In this document: piece by piece, positions 51,140 through 60,776 of the stretch
Position numbering within the stretch: the first letter of the stretch is position 1
Layout: the number at the start of each line of letters is the position of its first letter
From: Vicinamibacterales bacterium
GTDB lineage: Bacteria; Acidobacteriota; Vicinamibacteria; Vicinamibacterales; 2-12-FULL-66-21
Direction: 5' to 3'
Length of the DNA stretch: 64,000 nucleotides
NCBI GenBank assembly: GCA_035491715.1
Contig: DATJKH010000029.1
Span: 23,555 to 87,554, forward strand
Program-made: the position numbers and the translations under genes
Notes under the pieces: model-generated
What the model was told of the DNA's origin: nothing
The model's input: the letters and a program-made list of their open reading frames with translations, nothing else
Databases searched by the model: none

Positions 51140-53859
51140 TTCAACGCCTCAGTCGTCCACAGCTTCCCACCAAGCGAGGTGTAGAGTCCCCAACCCGCAA
51201 GGGTGAGCGCAATACCGGCAAGCAGCAGCGTGTTGCCAAAGTACCACGCCGACGTGTCGAGGGTGGCATTCAGGCTCAGCACAATTGACGTGATGAAGTG
51301 GGCGACGGCGTACGAGAGCAGTCCCCATCTGAGAACGACGATCGCGCCAGTGCCAAAATACGTGAATCCCATCAGCGCTCCGAGCCAGGGGCGCTCATTG
51401 CTCAACGCATTCAGCAACGTGAACATGCCCACGAACGCGAGTGCGGCGGCCCACTGATTGCGGAGGAGCACCCGCAGGACAAACAGCAGGAAGAAGTAGA
51501 GCAGCATGTTTCGTATCGCGTACGGAATCTGCTGCAGGACGGCTCCGACAGTGCTCCGCAGACCCGAGAGGAGTTCAACACTTCCAGGAAAATCCCCCAG
51601 CGACGCGCCGCCACTCGCGGCATCGAGTCCGCGAATCATGAGGACCCATGCCACCCCCAGCGCCACGCCGAACAGCACATCTCGCCCCACCACGGGATCA
51701 CGCAGCCGACCGGTCAACACGTTGCTCCACGAGACGAGCACTTGCGGCCAGTGTCTGCGGACGAAAGGTTCCAGCGCCAGATATAGCGTCCAGAAAAGGA
51801 CACCGTTGAACACCGACGTGCACACGGCAATCAGCAACATGCCAAGCAGGCCGAGCGACGCCACCAAATGCACCTGACACACCCAGAGCGCCAGCAGCAC
51901 GCTCGACATGCAAATCCCCAGGCGTGCCGCGCCGTGCCGGTCGCCACGCCCCGATCGCATGTGTCTGAATGCCAGCAGCCCGGCGCCAGAAAGAATCGAG
52001 ATCGCCAGCGCGAACAGCACGATGATGGTGGCGTTGACGCGCGCGGTCGATGGCGGCGGCATCCGCGACGGCTTCTGCCACGGACCCACGAGCATGAACG
52101 CCACCGGTCGCCCGCCGAGGGCGGCAGCCTCGACGCGAAGCGGCCGGCCGCTCTCCGGCCACTGGCCTGTCCATGCCAGGCGAGTATCTGAAGCGGCGAG
52201 CCAATTCCACAACGGGTCGACCGTTTGAAACTTGGAAAGATCGAGCCCGGCCAGCGCAAATACTGGTTTCCAGTCAACCGGCGCCGGACGGGTGGGCGCA
52301 TCGTCGCGTTGCGGCGGGATGGTCTCGAAAAACGTCAGCCGTCCGCGGTGATCGAGTTCAAGCTGCGTCATGCCGGACAGCAGCGGCGGCGGATCTTCGC
52401 GATCGACGATGCCGGGTATCAGGAGATCGGAATGGAACGCGAAGCCGGTCAAAGGGAAGGGACTCTGTCGATACCAGAAAGTCAGCGGCGACGGCGATTG
52501 CGACAGAATCTCGTCCCACTTTGGCGACGGCTTGTCGTTGTCGTGAATGTACTTCGTCAGATCCTCGTTCCACGCAAACTCGTAGGCCCGATCGTGTCCC
52601 CGCGACGACAAGCCGAGCTGGGCGACAATATCTCTCGCCTTCTGCGCGAGAACCTCGCTGCTGTACTCCGGCCGCATGCGATCGAGTGGGCTCGTCCGCA
52701 AGGCCACTCCGAACGCTGCCAGGATGCCGACGAGGACGGCGCCGAACACCGGCCACGCGACGCGCGGCCGCAATCCGATTCCTTCGCCGGCGGCGGCGAC
52801 CATTTCCGGTGACGGCGTTTCCCCTGCAGCAAGAGCGGCCGCTAAGGGATCTCCGCCCGGCAGCGCCGCCGAGACCGCCAGTGCCGACGACGGTCGGCGC
52901 TCAGGATCCGGTTCGAGGCAGCGAAGAATCGCGCGTTCGATGCTCAGATCCATTGCGCTCACGAGCGTCGATGGCGGCTCGGTCGATCGGCTCTGATGCT
53001 GCATCTGCAGATCGGCGATCGTCGTTGCGGTGAACGCGCGGCGTCCGGTGAACAGTTCGTACAGCACCAGGCCAAGCGCGAAGATGTCACTTCGCGCCGT
53101 CACCGCCTTTCCAAGGAGCTGTTCCGGCGCCATGTACGCCGGCGTTCCCGCGCGCACATCATCGGCGCCGCCGACGACAGCAAGACCAAAGTCCATGACA
53201 CGGACGCGTCCCTCACCGTCGAGCATCACATTGGCCGGTTTGAGGTCGCGGTGAATCACGCCGCGCTGGTGTGCAGCCGCGAGTCCGGCACAGAGCTGAC
53301 GTGCGATGTCGGTTGCCTTGTCTTCAGGGAAGCGGCCGATCCGCCGGAGAGACGTCGCCAGATCCTCGCCGCCGACGTACTCCATCGAGAGGTAGAGGAG
53401 GCCCGAGACTTCCCCGATGTCGTAGACACGACAGACATTCGGATGCGAGACCTGTCTCGCGATTCGAACCTCGTTGTGGAACTGTGCGAGCCTGGCAGGA
53501 TCGTGCTGCAGTTCGGTCGGGAGGAATTTCAGCGCGACCGCTTGACCGAGTCGCAGATCATCGGCTCGATAAACTTCACCCATTCCGCCGCGGCCAAGGA
53601 GACCGATGATTCGGTACCGGTCGCTGAGAATCGCGCCCGGCGCGAAGCGGCCGTGACTGATTGAGTCGGATGAAGACAGCCATCCGCTCGATGACGGGCG
53701 TTGAACATCGCTGGGAGGACGGATGGCGGTACCGCCTGGCGCAAGAACGGTGACCTGTTCGGGGCCCGATATGGTGACGTCCGCGTGAGCCGGACGCCCA
53801 CACGACGGGCAGAAGCGGGCAGTGTCTGGCGTCTCGGTGCCGCAGCCAGGGCAACGCAC
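51136..53859 (-). CDS. Ser/Thr protein kinase with an N-terminal zinc ribbon and a large C-terminal polytopic membrane domain
   Basis: CPGCG..(x)..CPSCG ribbon. Hanks kinase blocks VALKF, HRDLKPANVML, DFGLA and GTPAYMAPE. Beyond the kinase domain come one TM helix, an extracytoplasmic region and multiple TM helices. Confidence 0.85.
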   Translation of the reverse strand: MRCPGCGTETPDTARFCPSCGRPAHADVTISGPEQVTVLAPGGTAIRPPSDVQRPSSSGWLSSSDSISHGRFAPGAILSDRYRIIGLLGRGGMGEVYRADDLRLGQAVALKFLPTELQHDPARLAQFHNEVRIARQVSHPNVCRVYDIGEVSGLLYLSMEYVGGEDLATSLRRIGRFPEDKATDIARQLCAGLAAAHQRGVIHRDLKPANVMLDGEGRVRVMDFGLAVVGGADDVRAGTPAYMAPEQLLGKAVTARSDIFALGLVLYELFTGRRAFTATTIADLQMQHQSRSTEPPSTLVSAMDLSIERAILRCLEPDPERRPSSALAVSAALPGGDPLAAALAAGETPSPEMVAAAGEGIGLRPRVAWPVFGAVLVGILAAFGVALRTSPLDRMRPEYSSEVLAQKARDIVAQLGLSSRGHDRAYEFAWNEDLTKYIHDNDKPSPKWDEILSQSPSPLTFWYRQSPFPLTGFAFHSDLLIPGIVDREDPPPLLSGMTQLELDHRGRLTFFETIPPQRDDAPTRPAPVDWKPVFALAGLDLSKFQTVDPLWNWLAASDTRLAWTGQWPESGRPLRVEAAALGGRPVAFMLVGPWQKPSRMPPPSTARVNATIIVLFALAISILSGAGLLAFRHMRSGRGDRHGAARLGICMSSVLLALWVCQVHLVASLGLLGMLLIAVCTSVFNGVLFWTLYLALEPFVRRHWPQVLVSWSNVLTGRLRDPVVGRDVLFGVALGVAWVLMIRGLDAASGGASLGDFPGSVELLSGLRSTVGAVLQQIPYAIRNMLLYFFLLFVLRVLLRNQWAAALAFVGMFTLLNALSNERPWLGALMGFTYFGTGAIVVLRWGLLSYAVAHFITSIVLSLNATLDTSAWYFGNTLLLAGIALTLAGWGLYTSLGGKLWTTEALN

Positions 53860-53964
53860 GTCAAGATTCTACTTGCGTTTATCGGGCATATTGCCTCGCC
53901 CGCAGTTCCATAACACATCAGCCTCTCGACGGCGACGCGCCAGCCCAGTTATAAATAAGAAGAT

Positions 53965-54288
53965 ATGTCGATGCCAGTGGAAGTGCGCCTGCGGGTGCCC
54001 AACATGAAAGTTCGCGCGTTGGATGAGAACGGATATCCCATCGATCACGCCTCCATGCGCTTTCGAAAGGTCATTGAAGTTCCAAAGATCCCGAAGCCGG
54101 ACGAGATGCTCGATCTTTCAACAAGCTCGGGGAAGACATTGCAGGCACGTGTTGTTCGCGCTGACTGGAATGAAGGGCTCGGGTTGTTCGTGCTGTCGTG
54201 CCAATATGCGAACCGATCGATCACGGCGGAGGAGTACGGAGCGCTGGCGACTGATCCTGCGTGGCAGTTGAAACACTTGTTGGAGTAG
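53965..54288 (+). CDS. hypothetical protein (107 aa)
   Basis: The ORF has an AT-rich upstream region (TTATAAATAAGAAGATATG). I recognised no motif. By eye, its codon usage is more A/T-rich than that of its neighbours. Confidence 0.4.
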   Translation: MSMPVEVRLRVPNMKVRALDENGYPIDHASMRFRKVIEVPKIPKPDEMLDLSTSSGKTLQARVVRADWNEGLGLFVLSCQYANRSITAEEYGALATDPAWQLKHLLE

Positions 54289-54290
54289 CT

Positions 54291-55517
54291 CTACGGCACT
54301 CTTGGGGCGCTGTGGTCGATGAAGGCGTCGTGCAGCAGCCGCACGGCGTCGTCCAGGACTCCGCGTTCCACCAGCCACGTCGCTCGAAACGACGAGGTCG
54401 ACACACCGTGTGATGCGATCCCCCGCGAACCCAGGCATTCCGACCCCCGACGCACATTGGCGTAGGTGGCGTTGATGCCGGCGCCGATGGCGCTCAAGGC
54501 GCCCAGGCCGTCCACCAGATTGACGTTGTTGCCAAACGCGGCATCGAGCTGCTTGCGGAATCGATCCTCGTTGTGAAGATTCTCGCGAGATATCACGACG
54601 GTGACGCCATCACCGGGCTGTCGCAACGCTGAGACGTGCAGTTGTTTGCCGCTGACGCCGCAGTCGTCCATCACCTGGACGAGACGCATCGCGTCCTCCG
54701 TTGACTGCAGGAGGAGGATGTCGCGCTCGCTGGCAACGCCGGCCACTGTACCCGGCATGCGTGGCGCATGGCGGCGAACGACGGTGCCATCCGACGAAGG
54801 ATCCGGTCCAGGGAGGGGAGAGGACGTCGCGCGCGCGTAGATGGCGATGCCTTTTTCCTTCGCAAACTCCACGGCCTGTGCGTTGAGTACCTTTGCTCCT
54901 GCTTCCGCAAGCTCCTGCGTTTCTTCGTACGTGAGCGCGGCGATTCGACGTGCGCCCGGCACAACGCGCGGGTCGGCGGTGTAGACGCCGTCGACGTCCG
55001 AGCAGATCTCGCACCACTCTGCGCCCAGCGCCGCCGCCATCGCGACAGCCGTTGTGTCGCTGCCACCACGTCCCAGCGTCGTCACTTCGCGGCGGTAAGA
55101 GACTCCCTGATACCCGGCAATGACGACAACGCGTCCGCGCGCGAGTTCGTCCTGGACGCGAAATGGCCTGACCTCGATGATCCGCGCATCGACGTGACGA
55201 TCGTTGGTGATGATTCCTGACTGGCTGCCTGTAAAGCTGATGGCGTCGCCGCCCAGTTCCCGGATTGCCATGGAGAGCAAGGCCATCGAGATTCGCTCGC
55301 CAGCCGACAGCAACATGTCGAGCTCCCGACGATCGGGATTGGGCGACACTTGACGGGCAAGACCCAGCAGCTCATCAGTGGTATCACCCATCGCCGACAC
55401 GACGACCGCGACGTCGTGGCCTTCGGCCTTCGTCCGCATGATGCGCTCGGCGACCTTGCGGATACGCGTGACATCGGCAACACTGCTGCCGCCATACTTT
55501 TGAACCACGATCGACAT
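54291..55517 (-). CDS. lysC: monofunctional aspartate kinase
   Basis: The internal ATG 55517 gives [13 protein letters not shown]. The blocks [20 protein letters not shown] and C-terminal ACT-like repeats are present. Confidence 0.85.
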   Translation of the reverse strand: MSIVVQKYGGSSVADVTRIRKVAERIMRTKAEGHDVAVVVSAMGDTTDELLGLARQVSPNPDRRELDMLLSAGERISMALLSMAIRELGGDAISFTGSQSGIITNDRHVDARIIEVRPFRVQDELARGRVVVIAGYQGVSYRREVTTLGRGGSDTTAVAMAAALGAEWCEICSDVDGVYTADPRVVPGARRIAALTYEETQELAEAGAKVLNAQAVEFAKEKGIAIYARATSSPLPGPDPSSDGTVVRRHAPRMPGTVAGVASERDILLLQSTEDAMRLVQVMDDCGVSGKQLHVSALRQPGDGVTVVISRENLHNEDRFRKQLDAAFGNNVNLVDGLGALSAIGAGINATYANVRRGSECLGSRGIASHGVSTSSFRATWLVERGVLDDAVRLLHDAFIDHSAPRVP

Positions 55518-55553
55518 GGTCTGCATCATACCAATTGGCGAATAGGAGAAATC

Positions 55554-56753
55554 ATGGCCACAGCGACTGTTCACGCAGACGTCCGGCCGGTTCGCGAGTC
55601 ACGTTCCGCAGGCGTTGTCGCACCGCTGCAACGAATCGGCTCACTCGATCTGGTTCGCGGCGCGATCATGGTCCTGATGGCGATCGATCACGTGCGCGTC
55701 TATTCGGGTGTGCCGGCCGGCGGACCGTCCCCTGGCATCTTCTTCACGCGATGGATCACGCATTTCTGTGCCCCGGGGTTCGTGTTCTTTGCCGGGACCG
55801 CCGCGTATTTGCAGGGACGCAAGATTGCCCGTCCCGACCTCGCGAGATATCTGATCACGCGCGGCCTCATGCTCATCGTTCTCGAGTTGACCGTCATCAA
55901 GGCGTCGTGGACGTTCAACGTTAACTACTCGCAGTTTCTTCTCGCCGGCGTCATTTGGATGCTCGGCTGGTGCATGGTGCTGCTCGCTGCCTTCATTTAT
56001 CTGCCATTACGAGCGGTCGGCGCGCTCGGACTGCTCATCATCCTTGGCCAGAGTGCATTCGGCGCGATCGGCGGCGCGCTGCCGCAGTCGGTCCATCCGT
56101 TGTGGGAGTTCATCTATCCGGTCGGTGCGGAATTGCGGCTTGGACAGAATGGTCCGAACGTGACCGTGCTCTACACGATCGTGCCGTGGATCGGCGTCAT
56201 GTGTGCCGGGTATGCATTCGGCTCGATCATGACGCTGCCCGACAACGAACGACGGCGCTGGTGCATTCGAATCGGTTTGACGGCGACGGTCTTGTTCCTG
56301 TTGATAGCCGGGGCCCAGGTCGCCAGGGGCACAGCGGCGGATGGTCCTCCGGCATACGTGCGGCTTCTGAATCAGCAAAAGTATCCGGCATCGGTGCTTT
56401 TTCTGATGATGACCCTTGGTCCCCTCATCGGGCTCCTTCCGTTCGCGGAGCGTGCTCGGGGTTGGATCGCTGAGACGCTGACGTTGTTTGGCCGCGTACC
56501 GTTCTTCTATTACCTGTTGCACATTCCGCTCATTCACGCGCTCGCGCTGGTCGTCAATTTCCTTCGCGTGGGCCAGGCACATGGCGAGCGCTACGCGACG
56601 GCACCGTACGTGTCGATACCGCCGGATCAGCGATGGTCGTTGGCGCTGTTGTATCTGGTGTGGCTGATCGCGGTTGCGATTCTCTATGTGCTGTGCCGAC
56701 GGTACGCCGGCAGGAAGGCTCACAACCCGAGTGCGTGGATGCGGTATGTCTAA
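55554..56753 (+). CDS. DUF1624 / heparan-alpha-glucosaminide N-acetyltransferase-like polytopic membrane protein
   Basis: The block [19 protein letters not shown] is the hallmark start of the family. AGGAGA lies upstream of ATG 55554. Confidence 0.7.
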   Translation: MATATVHADVRPVRESRSAGVVAPLQRIGSLDLVRGAIMVLMAIDHVRVYSGVPAGGPSPGIFFTRWITHFCAPGFVFFAGTAAYLQGRKIARPDLARYLITRGLMLIVLELTVIKASWTFNVNYSQFLLAGVIWMLGWCMVLLAAFIYLPLRAVGALGLLIILGQSAFGAIGGALPQSVHPLWEFIYPVGAELRLGQNGPNVTVLYTIVPWIGVMCAGYAFGSIMTLPDNERRRWCIRIGLTATVLFLLIAGAQVARGTAADGPPAYVRLLNQQKYPASVLFLMMTLGPLIGLLPFAERARGWIAETLTLFGRVPFFYYLLHIPLIHALALVVNFLRVGQAHGERYATAPYVSIPPDQRWSLALLYLVWLIAVAILYVLCRRYAGRKAHNPSAWMRYV

Positions 56754-56858
56754 CCTACAAATTCGGCATCAGAAAAACAGAATTGCAGCCTGCCCGCCGT
56801 AACTTTGGCGAAGGAGGGACTTTCCTCCGCGGGCGTGTGAATTGCTTCGCACCGGCGC

Positions 56859-57689
56859 GTGACTCGTGCGCTTGTCCAGGTGCTGCTACAGATTATCGGC
56901 TTCGCAGCCATCACCACCTGGCTGTTTACCCGATCCCAGCGCTCCAGCTACAGCTCGATGATCGCCTTCGTGCTGGGCGTCGCCGGTTTTTTCGTGTTCA
57001 TCGACGGATTCAGGCTTGCTGTTCTCGAGGAGTATCGGACGCGCTACGGTCACGTCGTCACAGGTGTCGTGGAAGATCTGCGTAGTTCAGACAGCTCGAT
57101 CTGGAGCACGTCGCGGATGAAATCGAGCGAGCTTGATACGTACGAACAAGTGTGCCGATTTCTTTTGACGCGTTCACCAGAGGAATGGGTCGTCCACTAC
57201 AGCTATCCATGTGCCGGTGCGACCGGGTCGTGCCGCGTGCGAGAGCAGGTGACACGCGATCTCTGGAGGCGTCTGACCATCGGACAGCCAATTACCGTCC
57301 GTCAATCGATCGACGAAACGAGAACCGCACGGCTGGATGAGAATCCGCAACGCGGATTGGCATTGGTGAAGGTCGCCCTTGCGTGCGTGCTGCTCGCCCT
57401 TTCCGGTTTTGTCAGTGGACGCTTTACGCTCTTCCCCGGCCAGAAATACGTCGAAGTTGACGGCGTTGTCACCTCGGTCGAACCCGTCCAGTACGGTAAT
57501 GAGGCGCGCTGGAAGGTTCGGTTCGCCTACTTCGACGCGCACGGGAACGCGCAGGACAGTGTTGATGAGGTCAACGATCCGTCATGGAAGAGTGGTGACG
57601 GCTGCCGCGCGGTGTATCGTCCAAAGACTCCCGATCTCGCGACGCTGCGTCCCCGTCCGGGGTCTGACCCCCGTCTGACCCCGGTCTGA
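56859..57689 (+). CDS. membrane protein with two DUF3592-like beta-rich modules
   Basis: The architecture is TM helices followed by a VVTGVVEDL... module, then another TM helix followed by a VDGVVTSVEP... module. The start is GTG. The stop codon is supplied by the 11-bp tandem array. Confidence 0.45.
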   Translation: MTRALVQVLLQIIGFAAITTWLFTRSQRSSYSSMIAFVLGVAGFFVFIDGFRLAVLEEYRTRYGHVVTGVVEDLRSSDSSIWSTSRMKSSELDTYEQVCRFLLTRSPEEWVVHYSYPCAGATGSCRVREQVTRDLWRRLTIGQPITVRQSIDETRTARLDENPQRGLALVKVALACVLLALSGFVSGRFTLFPGQKYVEVDGVVTSVEPVQYGNEARWKVRFAYFDAHGNAQDSVDEVNDPSWKSGDGCRAVYRPKTPDLATLRPRPGSDPRLTPV

Positions 57690-57726
57690 CCCCGGTCTGA
57701 CCCCGGTTTGACCCCGGTCTGACCCC
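57661..57726. repeat. 6 x 11-bp tandem repeat (GGTCTGACCCC)
   Basis: Read directly as GGTCTGACCCC CGTCTGACCCC GGTCTGACCCC GGTCTGACCCC GGTTTGACCCC GGTCTGACCCC. The minus strand therefore reads (GGGG N7) x 6. Confidence 0.9.
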
Positions 57727-57741
57727 TGATAGATTTGCGGG

Positions 57742-58605
57742 ATGTGCGCGTCGTTTCCTGACTGGATTGAGCCGATGGCCGCAACCCTGACGCAGGAGCG
57801 GTTCACCGGTCCGGAATGGATCTTCGAGCGCAAGTTTGATGGCATCCGCCTGATTTCGTTCAAACAGGGGGCCGACGTCCGGCTGTTCTCCCGCAATCGC
57901 CTGCCGCAGAACATTCCATCAATCGCCCGCGCCATTGCGGCCTTGCCGGTCGACAACCTGATCCTCGACGGCGAGATCACCTGGGATCGAGCCGGCGCGT
58001 ATCACGTCTTCGACATCGCCTGGATCGATGACCGCGATGTCAGATCGTTGCCGCTGGAGGAGCGTCGCGAAATCCTCAACCGGTTGCCCCTCCGTCCGCC
58101 TCTGCAGCGCGTCACTGCCGTCGACGATCCGAATCCGTGGCAGCGCGCCGAGCGCGAGGGATGGGAAGGGGTGATCGCCAAGCGGCGCGACTCGCGCTAC
58201 GAGCACCGCCGCTCGCCGCATTGGCTCAAGATGAAGTGCGAAGCATCGCAGGAGTTCGTTGTCGGCGGCTTTACCGACCCCCAGGGGGCGCGCGTCGGAC
58301 TGGGTGCCCTGCTGGTCGGCTACTTCGAGAATGCAGACCTGGTGTTCGCGGGAAAGATCGGAACCGGTTTCGACACGAAACTTCTGCTCGAGCTGCGTTC
58401 GCGACTCGACGCTCTCGAAATTGCGACCACACCATTCACCAAAGCGACAGGCCTCCCGCGTCTGCGCGCGCACTGGGTGCGTCCAGAGATTGTCGTCCAG
58501 GTCGCGTTCATCGAATGGACGGTGCACGGCAAGCTACGTCATCCCCGGCTCCTTGGCGTCAGATACGACAAGAATCCGCGCGACGTTGTACGAGAGACGA
58601 CGTGA
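57742..58605 (+). CDS. ATP-dependent DNA ligase (LigD ligase-domain protein, NHEJ type)
   Basis: The adenylation motif I is ERKFDGIR (KxDG). The blocks EGVIAKRRDSRYE and WLKMK are also present. Confidence 0.85.
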   Translation: MCASFPDWIEPMAATLTQERFTGPEWIFERKFDGIRLISFKQGADVRLFSRNRLPQNIPSIARAIAALPVDNLILDGEITWDRAGAYHVFDIAWIDDRDVRSLPLEERREILNRLPLRPPLQRVTAVDDPNPWQRAEREGWEGVIAKRRDSRYEHRRSPHWLKMKCEASQEFVVGGFTDPQGARVGLGALLVGYFENADLVFAGKIGTGFDTKLLLELRSRLDALEIATTPFTKATGLPRLRAHWVRPEIVVQVAFIEWTVHGKLRHPRLLGVRYDKNPRDVVRETT

Positions 58606-59492
58606 TTACGATCACGCATCCGGACAAGATCCTGTTTCCCGACAGCGCGATAACCAAGGGAGAACTGGCCGCGTACTACGAGATGGTGGCGCCGTACATG
58701 GTGCCGCACATGCGGGCGAGACCGGTCACCATGGAACGATACCATCGGGGCATTGGCGCAGCCGGGTTTTTCCAGAAGGACGTGTCGAGAGGTTTCCCCG
58801 ACTGGCTTCAACGGGTCGAGGTGCCGAAAAAGGGAGGCACGGTTCATCATCCGATCGTGACCGATGCCCGGTCGCTCCTGTGGCTGGCGAACCAGAACTG
58901 CATCACGCCGCATGTGTGGACGTCACGCGCGCCAAACTTGTATTACCCGGACATCTGCGTTTTCGACCTCGATCCATCCGAGGAGAATCCGGCGCAGCTA
59001 AAGGCCGCGACGTTTGAGCTGCGCGGCTTTCTCGCTGATCTCGGTCTTCCGAGCTGGCTGAAGACGTCGGGCTCGAAGGGGTTTCACATCGTCGTTCCAC
59101 TCGATGGCAAGACCAACATGAGTGACGTCGCCGAGTTCGCGCACACCGTTGGAACCCTGCTGGTCAAGCGCGATCCCGCCAACCTGACCCAGGAGTTTCA
59201 CAAGATCGATCGTGGCCGGCGGATTCTTGTCGACACCGGGAGGAACGGCTACAGCGCGACGTTCGCAGCCGCGTACGCGGTGCGCGCGAAGCCGGGTGCA
59301 CCGATCTCCGCGCCGTGCACCTGGGACGAACTGCAGCACGGCGACATCGGGCCACAGAGCTTCACGCTGCGATCCATGGCCGCGCGGATCGAATCGGTGG
59401 GTGACGTGTGGGCAGAGATGAAGAAACGAGGACGTTCACTCAAGCGCGCACTCGAGCAGGTACGAAAGATGAAAAACGATGAGACGCATTAA
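58602..59492 (+). CDS. LigD polymerase/primase-domain protein (AEP family)
   Basis: The block ITHPDKILFPDSAITKGELAAYYE..RPVTMERYHRGI..FFQKD is typical of LigD-Pol. The GTG start overlaps the ligase stop (GTGA). The ORF-track start at 58137 is an out-of-context extension. Confidence 0.85.
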   Translation: MITITHPDKILFPDSAITKGELAAYYEMVAPYMVPHMRARPVTMERYHRGIGAAGFFQKDVSRGFPDWLQRVEVPKKGGTVHHPIVTDARSLLWLANQNCITPHVWTSRAPNLYYPDICVFDLDPSEENPAQLKAATFELRGFLADLGLPSWLKTSGSKGFHIVVPLDGKTNMSDVAEFAHTVGTLLVKRDPANLTQEFHKIDRGRRILVDTGRNGYSATFAAAYAVRAKPGAPISAPCTWDELQHGDIGPQSFTLRSMAARIESVGDVWAEMKKRGRSLKRALEQVRKMKNDETH

Positions 59493-59529
59493 TCTCCGCA
59501 TGTCTCGCGTGCTATAGTCGCCGCGGCGA

Positions 59530-60255
59530 ATGTTCGGCTTATTCCCTTACGGCATCCTCCTGCAGATCCTCGCGATCATTCATTTCATCCGTCGACGTCC
59601 CGACACGTACTGGCTCTGGATCATTCTCATGTTCCCGGGGTTTGGCGCCCTCGCCTACATCCTCATCGAGGTCATCCCGGATTTCGGTCTGCTGCGATCG
59701 TCTTTCCAGGTCTTTCCGCGGCGAAAGCGCATCCGCGCTCTCGAAAGCATGATTGTCGACAATCCTTCGATTGGAAACTACGAAGAGCTCGGCGATCTGT
59801 ATCTGGACGACGGGCAATTCGTCAAAGCGCGCAAGTGCTTCGACGACGTGCTGGCGCGCGAGGAGTCGATCGATCCGTTATACCGCCGTGGGCTGACGGC
59901 GCTGGCGCTGAACGATTACCGCGCGGCGGTTGCCGACCTGGAAAAAGTGATCGCGCTCGACGCGAAGTACGACTATCAGCGGGCGGCCGGGCTTCTCGCT
60001 CACGCGCTAGGCAAGATCGGTGAGCGCGATCGCGCCAGCACGTTATTCGCAGACGTGACCCAGATGTCGACACTCACCGAAACCCAGTACAACTACGCGT
60101 CATTTCTCGCCGAAACCGGCCGCGTTGGCGAGGCGCGCGAATGGGCCGAGCGCATCCTGCGCAAAAAGGCGACGATGCCGGATTACATTCGGCGCCGCGA
60201 GCGTCCGTGGTTTCGCAAGACACGCGCGCTCCTCAAGGGACTCCCGAAGACCTAG
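59530..60255 (+). CDS. membrane-anchored TPR-repeat protein with a PLD-nuclease-N-terminal-like 2-TM module
   Basis: The N-terminus LQILAIIHFIRRRPDTYWLWIILMFPGFGALAYILIE matches the 2-TM module. It is followed by TPR-like helical repeats (GDLYLDDGQFVKARKCFDDVL...). Confidence 0.55.
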   Translation: MFGLFPYGILLQILAIIHFIRRRPDTYWLWIILMFPGFGALAYILIEVIPDFGLLRSSFQVFPRRKRIRALESMIVDNPSIGNYEELGDLYLDDGQFVKARKCFDDVLAREESIDPLYRRGLTALALNDYRAAVADLEKVIALDAKYDYQRAAGLLAHALGKIGERDRASTLFADVTQMSTLTETQYNYASFLAETGRVGEAREWAERILRKKATMPDYIRRRERPWFRKTRALLKGLPKT

Positions 60256-60263
60256 CGAAGCGA

Positions 60264-60776
60264 TTATTTCTTCCTGAGGACGGCCGCCGAAATCAGCGTC
60301 ACCAGAAGTCCGATCGGAAACGGCTCGCTGAACGTCATCGCCACGTTCAGCAAGGGGTTCTGGTACATGCGTTTGAAATCTTCCATCTGACGCGCGTGGG
60401 CATCGACTGCCTCTTGGCTTGCACCTGATGCCTTCACGTGCTCGATCGAATACGCCGCGTACTTATCGGCAAAATCCGGCATCATTTTGAAATAGATGAA
60501 TTCCCACGTGATGACGTAGCCCGCGCACGAAATCAGCGTGATAAGGAGACCGACGAGGACGCCGCGTCCAAAAGACAGGCGACCACCGTTGGACTCCCGG
60601 TAGGATCGGACACCAAAAAAGACCAGGAGAAACGACAGCACAATCGCCGTGTATCCGAAAATTGCGCCCTTCTCGAAGCCGAGACGGTGGATAAAAGGCA
60701 CCGTTGCCAGCATCATGGCCGACGAGAGGGCCGCGGAAAGTAAGCCGAATTTGAGAACCGTCTTCTTCATCGACAT
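60264..60776 (-). CDS. DUF4199-like small membrane protein
   Basis: The start MSMKKTVLKFGLLSAALSSAMMLATVPF and a 4-TM layout resemble DUF4199. Confidence 0.55.
   Translation of the reverse strand: MSMKKTVLKFGLLSAALSSAMMLATVPFIHRLGFEKGAIFGYTAIVLSFLLVFFGVRSYRESNGGRLSFGRGVLVGLLITLISCAGYVITWEFIYFKMMPDFADKYAAYSIEHVKASGASQEAVDAHARQMEDFKRMYQNPLLNVAMTFSEPFPIGLLVTLISAAVLRKK

Noticed and set aside
55518-55553. I looked for a lysine or threonine riboswitch or leader upstream of the two aspartokinase genes.
   Set aside because: Only 36 nt separate lysC from the divergent DUF1624 gene. The thrA-like gene is preceded by a 35-nt gap holding a REP-like hairpin. I could not recognise an L-box-like structure by eye, so this is unresolved rather than excluded.
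57661-57726. The possibility that the tandem arrays at 57661-57726 and 44792-44849 are CRISPR arrays.
   Set aside because: The units are only 8-11 bp and directly abut one another with no unique spacers. No cas genes are present in the window.
57527-57980. Minus-strand ORFs encode repetitive GQTGV(R/K)PGSDR peptides, which give a collagen- or PE-like impression.
   Set aside because: They are translations of the 11-bp tandem array and overlap the DUF3592-like and ligase genes. An 11-bp period cannot maintain a coding repeat.
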